Source: an uncultured delta proteobacterium | Lineage (GTDB): Bacteria; Myxococcota_A; Polyangia; Haliangiales; Haliangiaceae | Direction: 5' to 3' | Length of the DNA stretch: 64,000 nucleotides | Assembly (NCBI GenBank): GCA_963848295.1 | Contig: CAWKDB010000010.1 | Location: 544,001 to 608,000 of the forward strand | Notes under the pieces: model-generated | What the model saw: the letters and a program-made list of their open reading frames with translations, nothing else | Databases searched by the model: none | Told to the model about the DNA's origin: nothing | Made by a program: the position numbers and the translations under genes | In this document: positions 9,159 to 19,972 of the stretch, one piece after another | Layout: every line of letters begins with the position of its first letter | Numbering within the stretch: position 1 is the first letter of the stretch

Positions 9159-12100
9159 GGCATCACCAAGGGCGCCCGCCTCGTGGCCGACAGTGGAAGA
9201 GGAGGCATGACGCACTCGCGAGCATCGGCTTGCCCTGGCTTGAGCGCGGCTGGATCCGTGCGACCTGCGTGCTCCTCGTGATCAGGATTTAGTTTGCCCT
9301 CAGGGGAGAGGGAAAGGTCGAGAGCGGTCGGCCGAGAAGCCCCACCCTCGGCATTCCGATCTGGCATGGCGAGTTCGGGCGGCAGTTCGACGATCTGGTA
9401 CCCGTCCTCGTACTCGGGGCCGACTGCGAGCCGCATACGCATTTCCGTAGGCGAAATGCCGGCCGGCACGTCGTTTCCAGCGAAGAACCAACCGGATGCA
9501 CCTGGCGGAAAATCACCGATCATCGCGTCGGAATTCACGTCGGCCATCGGATCAAACACCAAGCGGCCCGCCTTCACTAAGTCTACGAGCTTCGCAGCCA
9601 TTCCCCAAGCGTCTTTCGGGCTGGGCTTGACCGGCGGAATCTCGGACGAAAGCTTGCTTGCACGGACATAGAGGTCGGCCGTCGCGTTTGCGAGTAACCA
9701 CTTGAGAGACAATGCTCGGCGGAGCCCGCCCAGTTCCCGCTTCACGAAGTCAGCGCTTGGCATCTTGCGCCCTTTGCGCAAATACGCGTCGGGGTGCCTG
9801 AGCGTGACGTCCCTCATGAGGCGGTGTAAATCGACGACGGGCTGTTCGGACCTTGCAAACTCGACGGCGAGATCGGCGAGGAAGGCTACGCGCACATCGT
9901 TCGGTAGGTTCTTGTCCTCGTGAACCTCCCGCAACCTGCGGAGCCCTGCTTCGTTTCCTGGCGTCGCCGGTAACAAATCGCCAGCGTGCGGATCCCCGCG
10001 CAGCAGTGCCGCCCGTAGAGCCGCCGGTTCTAAGGCCGAGGTTCGCCCCGCTGCGTGAGCACCTTCCCGCGACGGTCTCTCCTTATGGGAGTCAGCATCG
10101 GCGGTCGCTCCGAGCAGCTCGCGCTCCTGCTCGATCAGCGCCTGGTTGCGCGCCTGCAGCTCCGCGCCCGCGTTCGGATCGGGCGCGGGGTCGGCGGCGA
10201 GGAGCGCGGCGTCGGCATAGAACGCGTCGCGCGCCGCGAACAGCGCCTTGGCGGCAGGCAGCTGGCCGCGCTTGGAGCCCTCGAGCGCGGCGCGGTGCTC
10301 GTGCCACGCGCGGACGCGGCCGTGGAAGAACTTGCCGACCGCGATCGCGGCGCCCTGCATCAGCGCCATCTCCGCGAACGACGACGACGCGTCGGCGCTC
10401 CCTCGGAACGTCGTGACCAGCCGGTGCGCGGCCCACTGCGAGGCGGCGCCGGTGACCTTGTCGAGCATCGCCGGGGTGCCCGCGAAGTCGGCAGACGCCA
10501 ACAGCGTGGCGCGCTCGCCCTCGGCGAGCCCCGGCAACGTCGCGAGCTGGCGCGCCTCGTTGCTCGCGATCGCCTGCGCCGAGCGCAACGGACGCAACAG
10601 CCCGCGGCTGAAGACGTCCATGAGCGCGTTTTCGAGCACGGCCGAGCCCGCGTCGCCGGGGCCGCCGGACTGGGCGAGCTGGACCGCGGCGTTGATCGAG
10701 GCATTGACCGCGATGTCCGACGTGAACGCTGCGGTCTCGACCGCGAACCGCGCGACCTGCTGGCCGGTGGTCGCCGTCACCGTGACACCGTCGACCGCAA
10801 CCGCCGCCCCCGCTGCCGCCTCTTCACCGCCGGCGATCGCAGCCGACACGGCGCTGCCGGCTGCCGAGGCGATCCCGGCGGTCGCGATCGTGATCGCGAC
10901 CGCTTTGGCGAGCGAGACGAGCGCCTGGATGATCTCGGCATCGTGGACCCTCTCGCGAACCTCATGGATGAAGTCGCGCAGATCCTCGTCGCCGGCGATC
11001 CGCGCGAACGCCTTGCGCGCCGCCGCGAGGCCGTACGCTCGGCCCTGCCACTCGCCCCAGCCGTCGGGGGCTCGCTCGTCGACCTGCACCACCGGCGTGC
11101 CGTCGCGCTGCGCTTGGATCCACAACCTCTCGATCGAGAACAACCGATCCCGGACGTCCGAAACCAAGTCAGGCGGGAGCTTCAGCCCCGGGAACATGCG
11201 GTGGAAGTCCTCGCCGCTTCCGAACGCGTGGTCAGCGGCGGCCTGCAGCTCGAGCAGCGCGTCGCGCGCGGCGGTGATCCGCGATCGCAGCGCGACCTCT
11301 CCGGCGGCAGTCGCCGCCTCGGATTGCAGGTACGGCGCGGTGCCCGCGTGGGTGCCGAGCAAGGCCTGTTGGCGCTCGTCGTGAATCGCGGCGTCCGCCT
11401 CGCTCGTTCCGACGGCCGAGTGTTCGCCGACTGCGATCAGATCGCGAGTGCCGCTGTGCAGCTCGACTTGTGCGGCGTCGAGCTCGTCGAGCTGTGCGGC
11501 TCGCGCCTGCTGGTCCAATGACTCGACGAGCTCGTTGCTCTGATCGCGCAGCTCGGAGACCGCGGCAGCTTGGACATAGGTCTGAAGCCGCGCGAGTAAC
11601 GGAACGCGCTCACCGACCCGCCACGGGTCGATCGCGCGGATCTGGCGAACCAGCGGGCCCACCTTCGCCGTGATCGTCCGGAGCTGGGTGATCTGAAACT
11701 GGAGGACCGGGAGCCACGCCGCGGCGTTGCTATCGCTCCACAGCGCGACCCGCTCGGCGCGCGCCGAGTACGCGGCCCCGAGCGCGCTGCCGACCCCGAG
11801 CGGCGTCACCTCCGCATCGAGCGCGTCGAGCACGACACCGACCGTGCGATCGAGCTCGATCAGGCGTTTCACGGTCGCCGGCTCACTCGCGGCTCCGGCG
11901 AACTGGCGCGTCGCCGCGTCGGCATTGCCGTACGCGGAGCCCACCATGGCGACGACTTGGGCGCCGGGGGACAGCTCGGTCGTCGCTACGGGCGGCATCC
12001 CGAGGAGTCGTCGTGCGGGCTGTTCGAGCTGTGCGTTCGCGGAGACGTTGTTCGTTCCCACGAACGCGTGCGGGTATTGCTCGGCGATCAGCGCTCGCGC

Positions 12101-13935
12101 CACCTCCGGATCGATCCGGAACGCGTCGCCTTCTTTGTGGACGGCGAACGCCATCGTCGACTTCGCCGAATCGCGCCATAGCGCTGCCGCGACCTCCTCG
12201 GCCGTCGCGGTGCTCGGAGTCGCTCGAACGAAGTTCCATAGCGCCGCGCTCTCGCGCCCGAGCCACTGCACGTCGACGTGGTGCAGCGCGGTCGGCGTCG
12301 TCTTCGCCGCCTCGACACCGTCATCCACGACGATGCCCGGCAACGCGAGCGCCCGCGCGACGAACGCATCCATCGGATGACTCGCGATCAGGTCGTCGCT
12401 GCTCGGCCGCTGCCCGGTTCGAGCCCATGCGTCGGCGAACCGCGGCCCCACGCGCGTGCGCAGCGAGACCACCGCCGCGCGCTCGACGAGCTGCGCGAGC
12501 GCCTCGGCGAACTCCGGCGCCCACGCGTCGATCTCGTGCGCGCGTTGCTTTTCTTTCTTCGCGTCGCGCGGGCCGATCGACGAGAGCTCGCGTCCTGTGA
12601 CGTAGCGGTCGAACCGGCCTTCGAGGTCGCCCGGCGAGACCAGCGCGGGCATGGTCTCGCCGTGCTCGAGTGAATCGCCGACGAGGCGGGCGAGGCGGCT
12701 CGAGAACGTCTGGTCGCCGCGGAGGCCGCCATAGCCGGCGCGGTCGAACGCCTCGTCGCCGCCTCTGGCCCAGCGCAGCCCCGGGCCGGGCGCGGGCCAC
12801 GCCGCGTCGGCGAGCTGCGACGCGATCGCCAGCGTCAACGGCGCACGGAACATCGTCAGGTACTCGATGAGCAGCGTCCGCGGCTGTTCGGTTGCGGATG
12901 CCGGCGACGGTGCACGCGACGCGCCGTCATGCACCATCACGGCGGCTGGGGACAGCAGACCGCCGAACATCGGCGCGCCGGTGCGCGCGACCGTGCCGTT
13001 GCGCAGTGCCTCGAGCAGGCGCTTGCGCGTGGCGTCGTCGAGTCGGGCGAACCGCGCGGCCACGTCATCGCCGGATCCCGGGCGATAGCGCGCGAGCCGG
13101 GCAGCCAACGCGCGGCGTTCGGAGCCGTCGAGATGCCGACAGCACCCCGTCGAGCCGGGCTTCGACCTCGACGCCGGCTTCGAGGATCCGGCGCAAGGTG
13201 TCGTCGGTCGTCACTGTGGCTGGCGTCGCTTGGTCGGGGAGCGACGCCGCGTCCCGGGGTGCGTGCCCCGCTCGCATCGCCTCGCGCTTGCGCGCGCCTC
13301 CGAGGTACGCGAGCACCGCATCGAATCGGCTCCTCGTGATCCGGACGTTGGGCGCGAGCGCGGACGCGATCGGATCGCCCGCGCGCGCGCGGTGCGGTCA
13401 ACCGGCGCGCCAACACCGAGCACTCGGCCGGAGACATCTGATCGAGCTCGGCCTTCAGTGCCGCCTCCTTCCGAGCCCAGCCGTCCCTCGCGCCGTCGAC
13501 CGGGGCTTCGAGCACCGCGACGAGCTCCGCCTCGCGCGACACCGGAGACCAGCCCAGCGGCGGTTCTGCCAGCTCGTTCGCCGAGGTCTCGTGCTGGACG
13601 AGCGCGCGCTCGGCGTCGTTCAGCTGTCGCCGGGACTCGTCCGACGCCGCGCTCGCCCCGGCGCGAGCGGTGACGAGCTCGTGCTTGGCTTCTGCAAGGC
13701 GCCGGTCGAGCGCCTGCTTGGCGGTGGCCCAATGCTTCGGGTCGTTCGCGGCGTGAGCTTTGCGGACCTCGTCGACGGCGAACCCGAGCGTCTCGATGTC
13801 GCGCTTCGCGGTGGCGACCGCATCGTCGGCTTGCTGCGCCGGGGTCCGCGCCGGCGCGCGATACGGGTCGGCCGAACCGACGCGCGGCGCATAGCTCAAC
13901 TCGTGGCTCTGACCCGGACCGGCGAGCTCGCTCAC
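9155..13935 (-). CDS. Large putative polymorphic toxin (~1590 aa), two frameshifts near 13385 and 13133
   Basis: Three ORF pieces join into a homolog of the 23531..26245 N-terminus. Ala/Gly-rich hydrophobic mid-region, variable C-terminal tip, coupled immunity-like gene. Confidence 0.7.
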
Positions 13936-13944
13936 GCGCCGGGG

Positions 13945-13970
13945 TATCGACACGTCGCCGCGAGAGTTGC
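13945..13970 (-). promoter_or_regulatory. Shared motif GCAAC-N15-TCGATA
   Basis: 9 nt upstream of GTG 13935. One of five copies. Confidence 0.65.
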
Positions 13971-14021
13971 GTCGACCCCCGTGGGTCGTCTTTCGCGCCT
14001 AAGTGACTGAAACTGCGACAC

Positions 14022-14048
14022 GCAACTCTCGGCGCGCCGCGGCCGATA
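14022..14048 (+). promoter_or_regulatory. Shared motif GCAAC-N16-CCGATA
   Basis: 9 nt upstream of ATG 14058. Confidence 0.6.
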
Positions 14049-14057
14049 GCGCCGCCC

Positions 14058-15224
14058 ATGACGAACCAACTGCTCTCTCTAATGACGGTCTTCGTGGCGG
14101 CTTGCGGTGCGGTCGTGGCACCGGCCCACGGCTCGGGCGCGGAGCCTGACGCGGGCTCGGCCGGTCGCGACTCGAACGCCGGCGATGGCAACTCGACCGA
14201 CGCCGGTCCGTGCGAGGTCGACAGCGACTGCACCGCGTCCGGCGTGTGCATGCCCGATGGGTCGTGCGCCGCGGCGTCGACCGTGGCCTACGCGAGCCCG
14301 ATCGGTGCCGACGCGACGAGCTGCACGATGGCCGACAAGTGCTCGCTCGCGACCGCCTCGGCGACGAGCGCATCGGTCATCCACCTCGATCCGGGCACGT
14401 ATACGACGCCGGTCACGCTCGCGAACACGGTCACGCTGGTCGGCCGTGGCGCGACGGTCGAGAACAGCGGGAATGGCGCGACGATCGGCGTGAAGACGAA
14501 CGCGAACGTCACGATCGATTACCTCGAGATCGACGGCGGGACCGGCAAACTCGGCAACGGTCTCTACTGCAGCGAGGGCTCGCTCGTGTTGAATCAAGTC
14601 ACCGTGCAGCACAGCGGTGCCCAGGGTATCTACTCGTTCTTGTGCGCGCTGTCCGTCCAACAGTCGACGATCGAGGACAACGCGGGGTTCGGGATCGAGA
14701 CCGGCGGCGGCGTGACGACGATCAGCCGCTCGACGATCGCGTCGAACCAGCTCGGCGGCATCGGCATGACGTCGGCCGGGCACTTCGACATCACGAACAC
14801 GTTCGTGACCGGCAACGGCGGCGCCGAGTCGACCGCCGACACCGGCGGCGTCTATCTCGACCCCGATGCGTCGCCGAACAACCGGTTCGAGCTCAACACC
14901 GTGGTCGGCAACGTCGTGGGCGACGGCACGACGGGCGGCATCCGCTGCCTCGCGCCGTTCACGGCGGCGAACAACATCATCGTCGGCAACCTCAAGCTCG
15001 GCGAGACCGCGGACTCGGCCGGTTCGTGCACGCACCTGACGTCGCTGGTCGGCGAATCGCAGTCCGCGGTGGGCTTCAAGTCGCTGACCGACTTCCACCT
15101 CTCGGCGGCAAGCCCGGCGATCGACGAGGCCACCACACCGTCCACCGTGGTGACCGACTTCGACGGCGACCCTCGGCCGCAAGGGGCCGCGAAAGACATC
15201 GGCGCGGACGAGTACAAGCCGTAA
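14058..15224 (+). CDS. Lipoprotein, beta-helix protein with choice-of-anchor Q-like C-terminus
   Basis: Lipobox FVAAC, CTASGVCMPDGSC shared with the paralogs, DGDPRPQGAAKDIGADEYKP. Confidence 0.85.
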   Translation: MTNQLLSLMTVFVAACGAVVAPAHGSGAEPDAGSAGRDSNAGDGNSTDAGPCEVDSDCTASGVCMPDGSCAAASTVAYASPIGADATSCTMADKCSLATASATSASVIHLDPGTYTTPVTLANTVTLVGRGATVENSGNGATIGVKTNANVTIDYLEIDGGTGKLGNGLYCSEGSLVLNQVTVQHSGAQGIYSFLCALSVQQSTIEDNAGFGIETGGGVTTISRSTIASNQLGGIGMTSAGHFDITNTFVTGNGGAESTADTGGVYLDPDASPNNRFELNTVVGNVVGDGTTGGIRCLAPFTAANNIIVGNLKLGETADSAGSCTHLTSLVGESQSAVGFKSLTDFHLSAASPAIDEATTPSTVVTDFDGDPRPQGAAKDIGADEYKP

Positions 15225-15236
15225 TTCGGTTAGAAT

Positions 15237-16718
15237 ATGCGACGGGGCATGCGTGTCAGGATCGCGCTCGTAGTCTTCGCCGCCACCGTGCGCGCGGTGG
15301 GCGCCGCACCGGGCGGCATCGTGCTCGAATCGTACACGGGCGACCGCCCGGACGATGCGACGCGCCTGTTGTCGCCGCTGCTCGACGAGCTCGCGAAGCG
15401 CGGCGTCGTCGGCGGCTACGATGTCGTCGGCCGGAAATACGAAGCGGAGGTGTCGCGCTCGACGTTGTCGATCGAAGGGCTAACCCCGGATTTCGCGGAT
15501 CGAATCGAACGCGGCCACAAGGCGTGGATCGAAGGCAGGTTCGACGAGGCGGTGTCGCTGCTGTCGCCGATGATCGATGCCGCTCACGCGAACCCCGGTG
15601 CCTTCGCGCAGAACCAGCCGCTGCGCGAGCGGTTGCTCAAGGGCCTGATCGCGCTCGCGCTGTCGCAGCAACGCATGGGCGATCCGAGCTCGTCGCGCAC
15701 GACGTTCGGCGAGATCCTGCGCAGCTTCCCGGACACCCAGCTGTCCCGCGCGACCTACGGCCCCGATGCGTACAACCAGTTCGAAGAGGTGCGGCGCGCC
15801 GCCACCGCGCGCGGCCGGCTGACCGTGAAGGTGCCGGATGAATCGGGCGTCGTGTTCATCAACGAGCACTTCGAGAACGTGGGCACGACGTCGAAGGCGG
15901 ATCTCGTGCCCGGCGAGTATCGCGTCTACGTCCAGCTCGGCAAGCAGCTGACGCGCAGCCACACCGTGATCGTGCGCGGAAATCAAGAGACCACGCTCGC
16001 GTTCCAGCCGGCCTACGACGCCGCGATCCGGACCACGCCGCACTGGACCGGCTTGGCGTTCGCGACCCCGGCGGAGCGCGAGCGCGACGAATCGGCGTTC
16101 GCCGCGAAGTTCGCGCGAGAGATCGGCGCCGGCTCGGTGATCGTGGTCGGCTACGATCAGGTGCGCGGTCGCGCCGCGGTCGTCGGATCGATCGTCAATC
16201 TCGAGACCGGTCGCGAGATCCGGCGGGCGAGCCTGGCGCTCGAGCCCGAGCCGTCGGTCGAACGCGTGCGCGCGCTCGCGCGCTTTCTCGCCGGCGATCA
16301 GGCGACGACTGGCATCGACGTCCAGCTCGGTGGCGATGTGCGGGTCCCCGCGGCCAAGGCGAAGTCAGGAGCAGCGGCGGCGGAGCCTGGTGACGGCGAC
16401 GACAGCCCGGCGACCCACGAGGGGCCGTGGGGCGGGTGGAAGTACGTCACCGGTGGGCTCGCGGTCGGGGCACTCGCGACCGGCGTCACGCTGTTCGCGC
16501 TCGACGGCCAGTGCTCGGTCGACGTCAGCGGCAACCTGCCCTGTCCGATGAAGTACGACAATCATCCGTTCGATTACATCGCGGTCGGTGCCGGCGTCGC
16601 GCTCGCGGGCGTCAGCGTCTATCTGTTCCTGCACCATCCGAACCACGCGCCTTCGCACACGGCGTACGTCGTGCCCACGCGCGACGGCGCGTTCGTCGGC
16701 TACGCCGCGCGGTTCTGA
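15237..16718 (+). CDS. Exported protein with a helical region and PEGA-like domain
   Basis: Signal peptide-like N-terminus, [12 protein letters not shown]...[10 protein letters not shown], two C-terminal hydrophobic segments, ends GYAARF. Confidence 0.7.
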   Translation: MRRGMRVRIALVVFAATVRAVGAAPGGIVLESYTGDRPDDATRLLSPLLDELAKRGVVGGYDVVGRKYEAEVSRSTLSIEGLTPDFADRIERGHKAWIEGRFDEAVSLLSPMIDAAHANPGAFAQNQPLRERLLKGLIALALSQQRMGDPSSSRTTFGEILRSFPDTQLSRATYGPDAYNQFEEVRRAATARGRLTVKVPDESGVVFINEHFENVGTTSKADLVPGEYRVYVQLGKQLTRSHTVIVRGNQETTLAFQPAYDAAIRTTPHWTGLAFATPAERERDESAFAAKFAREIGAGSVIVVGYDQVRGRAAVVGSIVNLETGREIRRASLALEPEPSVERVRALARFLAGDQATTGIDVQLGGDVRVPAAKAKSGAAAAEPGDGDDSPATHEGPWGGWKYVTGGLAVGALATGVTLFALDGQCSVDVSGNLPCPMKYDNHPFDYIAVGAGVALAGVSVYLFLHHPNHAPSHTAYVVPTRDGAFVGYAARF

Positions 16719-16734
16719 CCATGCACCGCAAGCC

Positions 16735-17216
16735 ATGACCACGCTCGGCGACTGGCTCGCACGGGCGCCGTTCTCGCTCGCGATGTCGAGCGGGTTCTTT
16801 TCGTTCTACGCGCACACCGGGATGTTGACGTCGTTAACGTCGCGCGGGCTCGCACCGACGCTCGTCGCCGGCTCGAGCGCCGGGGCTGCGTGCCGGTGAT
16901 GTTCCATCCGGTGCGGATCGGCCGGCGCCTGTACTGGGACGGCGGCATCCTCGATCGGCCGGGCCTGGCCGGCGTGCCGCCCGGCGAGCGCGTGTTGATG
17001 CATCACATCGCGAGCAAGTCGCCGTGGCGCGCCGAGCTCCCGATCCCGCGGCGCGCCGGCATGGTCACGCTCGTCGTCGACGGCTTGCCGCGCTCCGGGC
17101 CGTTCAAGCTCGACGAAGGCCGCCGCGCGCTCGCGCTCGCCCGCGAGGCGACGCAGCGCGCTCTCGATACCGCGATCCCGGCGGACGGCATCGTGCGGCT
17201 CGGCGCAGGCGCCTAG
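16735..17216 (+). pseudogene. Patatin-like phospholipase with a 271-bp internal deletion
   Basis: GSSAG and DGG motifs. The segment equal to 22854..23124 of the second copy is missing at 16886/16887, causing a frameshift. Confidence 0.85.
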
Positions 17217-19180
17217 GCCGCGATCTTCCCGATCGCTTCGTACTCGATCCTAGCGGCGTACTCGAGATGGCACGATGAGATCGGCTCGCCGACGTCCGCC
17301 GCCATGAAAGCAGCGCGCAGCGCGGCGTTGCGAATGTATCCGCCGGACATCACGAACCGCCGGGCCAGCGACGGCAGATCCAAGTCGCGATCGACGGGCG
17401 CCAACGCCGGGATCACCACGCGCCACAGTCGAGCGCGTTCGGCTTCATCGGGAAGCTCGAACCGGAGGTGAAACGACAACCGCCGCTGAAACGCGGCATC
17501 GATCCCGCTCTCGTGGTTCGAGGTCAGCAGGCAGATCCCCGAGAATGACTCGAGCCGCTGAAGCAAGTAGTTCGTCTCGAGATTCGCGTAGCGGTCGTTG
17601 CTCGATTTCACCTCCGTGCGTTTGCCGAACAACGCGTCGGCTTCATCGAACAGTAGGATCGCGTGGCCGGCCTCGGCGACGTCGAACAACTCCGAGAGCC
17701 GGGCCTCGGTCTCGCCGATCCATTTCGAGACGACCTTCGACAGGTCGACCTGGTAGAGCTCGAGCCCGAGCTTGCGCGCGATCAGCGCGGCCACCATCGT
17801 CTTGCCGGTGCCCGGCGGGCCTGAAAACAGCGCCGTCACACCGAGACCGCGGCCGAGCTTCGCGCCGAACCCCCACTGCTCGTAAACGACGCCGCGTCGC
17901 TGGACGCGCGCGCACAGCTCGGCGATCTGCGCGAGCTGCGCTTCGGGCAGCACGATGTCGGCCCACACTTGCGTCGTATCGATCCGGCGCGCGAGATGAC
18001 CCAACCGGTCGTCCAGCGCGCTGCGGACGCCTGCTTCGATATGGGTCGGTTGGAGTGGCTGTCCCGCGGCGACCTGGCGAGCTATCACGGCGGCGCGGCA
18101 GACCAGACCGGCTGCGATCGGATAGCGGTTCGCGAGAAGCTCGGCATCGCCTTCGCTAGCTCCAGGGAGCACGCGGTGCCAGAGCGCGGCGCGTTGCACC
18201 GCGGTCGGCGGCAAGATCTCGACCACGGTGGCAGGCCGCCCCCAGCGCGGCGTCACCGGCAGTCGATTACACGTCGCGAGGATCGGCGAGTCGAGGTCGG
18301 CGGCGAACATCCGTCCGAGCAACTCGAAGCGCGAGGCGTCGGCGTCGACGATCAACGCGTCCAGGTTGCGGACCAACGGAGCGCGCCGTTGCAACTTGCA
18401 CTCGCGGACCAGCGCGCACAGTTGATCGCGGAACACTGGCAGCTCTCGAGACAAGCGCTTCGCGTCGATCTCGAGCAGCTCGAGGTTCGCGTCATGCGCG
18501 AGCGAAGTGAGGATCGTCGCGCGCCCGGTCGCGGCGGGCCCGAGCGCGATCACGACCGCGTCGGCCGGTCTGAGCGCTGCTCGCAGCTTGGTCGCCGACG
18601 ACTCGGCGACGGCGAGCTCTGCCATCCGCTTTGACGGCGCGGGGATTCGCGCGACCTCGGCGAGCGCCGGATCGATCGCGTCGTCGCCGTGCAGTAGCGC
18701 GAGCACACGCCGCGCGATCGCCCACGTCCACCGGCTCTCGTGCAGCTCGGCGGAACCGCCGTCGCTGCGTTCGATCAGCCCGAGCCGGCGCAGCGTGCCG
18801 GTCGCGGAAAGCTCGGACAGGGCGAGCCGACTCGGCCGATCGCCGTAGACGAACGCACGAATGAAATCGAGGGTCGGATCGACAGTTGCGGCGCCGGCGC
18901 GTGCGAAGAGCGCACGCGCTGCGCTATCGACCGCCAGCGCGGCCAGCAACCATACGACCTCGAGCTCGGTCGCCGTCAGGTCGAGACACGCGCGCAGCGT
19001 GTTCGTGCCGCATCGCGACGGGGCCGCGACACGCGTGGCGATCCGCACTTGCGTCGCGAGCAGTGCCTGAACGAGTGCGTCCGGCGGCGTCTCGGCGCGC
19101 AGGAAGTGACCGCGCAGCGCGAGGACTTGGCGGGCATTGTCGCAACGGTCGGCGAGCTCGTCGAGGAAGCCATCGGTCAT
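17213..19180 (-). CDS. AAA+ ATPase, eCIS Afp15/Pvc15-like
   Basis: [71 protein letters not shown]. Degenerate first AAA domain. Confidence 0.85.
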   Translation of the reverse strand: MTDGFLDELADRCDNARQVLALRGHFLRAETPPDALVQALLATQVRIATRVAAPSRCGTNTLRACLDLTATELEVVWLLAALAVDSAARALFARAGAATVDPTLDFIRAFVYGDRPSRLALSELSATGTLRRLGLIERSDGGSAELHESRWTWAIARRVLALLHGDDAIDPALAEVARIPAPSKRMAELAVAESSATKLRAALRPADAVVIALGPAATGRATILTSLAHDANLELLEIDAKRLSRELPVFRDQLCALVRECKLQRRAPLVRNLDALIVDADASRFELLGRMFAADLDSPILATCNRLPVTPRWGRPATVVEILPPTAVQRAALWHRVLPGASEGDAELLANRYPIAAGLVCRAAVIARQVAAGQPLQPTHIEAGVRSALDDRLGHLARRIDTTQVWADIVLPEAQLAQIAELCARVQRRGVVYEQWGFGAKLGRGLGVTALFSGPPGTGKTMVAALIARKLGLELYQVDLSKVVSKWIGETEARLSELFDVAEAGHAILLFDEADALFGKRTEVKSSNDRYANLETNYLLQRLESFSGICLLTSNHESGIDAAFQRRLSFHLRFELPDEAERARLWRVVIPALAPVDRDLDLPSLARRFVMSGGYIRNAALRAAFMAADVGEPISSCHLEYAARIEYEAIGKIAA

Positions 19181-19188
19181 GGCTCTGG

Positions 19189-19214
19189 TATCGACCACGC
19201 CTGGCTACGGTTGC
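19189..19214 (-). promoter_or_regulatory. Shared motif GCAAC-N15-TCGATA
   Basis: 8 nt upstream of ATG 19180. Overlaps the stop of the upstream gene. Confidence 0.65.
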
Positions 19215-19972
19215 GTGGCGGCTTTGTCCTCGTAGACGCAGCGAAATCCGTGAGAGCCTCGACTCGATGGCACTGCGAGGTCGAGTCTCGGCTGGTCGAT
19301 AATCACCGACACGGGCTCGATCCGGTCCGGCTTCGCATGATTAGGGTCAGGCGTGTGTGAGCCGACCGCGCAGTCGAGGTCGCGCGTGAACTCGTGGACT
19401 AGGCCGCCCAACATCTCGAACTCCACGCCCTCCGGGCCTAGGTACCTATAGCTTTCGCCTGGGCGGAGCGTCGGAGTCCTTGCTACCTCATCAAAGAGGA
19501 ACTTCTTCCCTCGTATGCCGCGTGCAGCGCGCTGCCACTCATCGAGCGTCGGTAGTTTTCCTCCGACCCAAGCGCAGTAATCGGTCGCTTTGTCGAGTTC
19601 CACTTCCACCAGCTCGTCGGTGCACCGGTCGTAGTCTCGTACCCACCGACAACGATGGGCCTCGACACACGCGTTGAACGACGCGCAGCTGGTCGGCCGG
19701 CGATCGATCGCGTAAGCGTCGACATGACGATGCGGGGAGTCCGTCTGCGACGGGCTTGAGCTAGTCGGAGTAAACGTCCCGGGTATGCAGAACGGCTGTA
19801 ACCCAAGGAATTCACCGCCGGGTATTCCGACGGCGTCGCGCGCCGGTGGCGCTGGTAGTGGCGTCGAGATCACTGCATCCTTTACGGTTGGCGGCGGCGG
19901 TTCCTCTCGCGAGCCATGGCAGCCCCAGGCGACTAGTCCGAGAGCGCTCGCGAGCCAGACTGACGTTCTCAC
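19205..19972 (-). CDS. FGE-sulfatase-fold lipoprotein, putative immunity protein
   Basis: Lipobox VAWGC, IPGGEF, YCAWVGGKLPTLDEWQRAARG, HGFRCV. GTGA overlap with the upstream effector-like gene. Confidence 0.75.
   Translation of the reverse strand: MRTSVWLASALGLVAWGCHGSREEPPPPTVKDAVISTPLPAPPARDAVGIPGGEFLGLQPFCIPGTFTPTSSSPSQTDSPHRHVDAYAIDRRPTSCASFNACVEAHRCRWVRDYDRCTDELVEVELDKATDYCAWVGGKLPTLDEWQRAARGIRGKKFLFDEVARTPTLRPGESYRYLGPEGVEFEMLGGLVHEFTRDLDCAVGSHTPDPNHAKPDRIEPVSVIIDQPRLDLAVPSSRGSHGFRCVYEDKAATQP

Noticed and set aside
7953..11296. 456-bp duplication plus an FGE/CLec-fold gene as a diversity-generating retroelement
   Set aside because: No reverse transcriptase in the window, only about 3 mismatches, and the repeat is not in the FGE-fold gene.
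13381..13391. (GC)n run at a toxin frameshift as a phase-variation switch
   Set aside because: The run is short and common at this GC content, a second frameshift lies nearby, and atpB shows that indel errors are likely.
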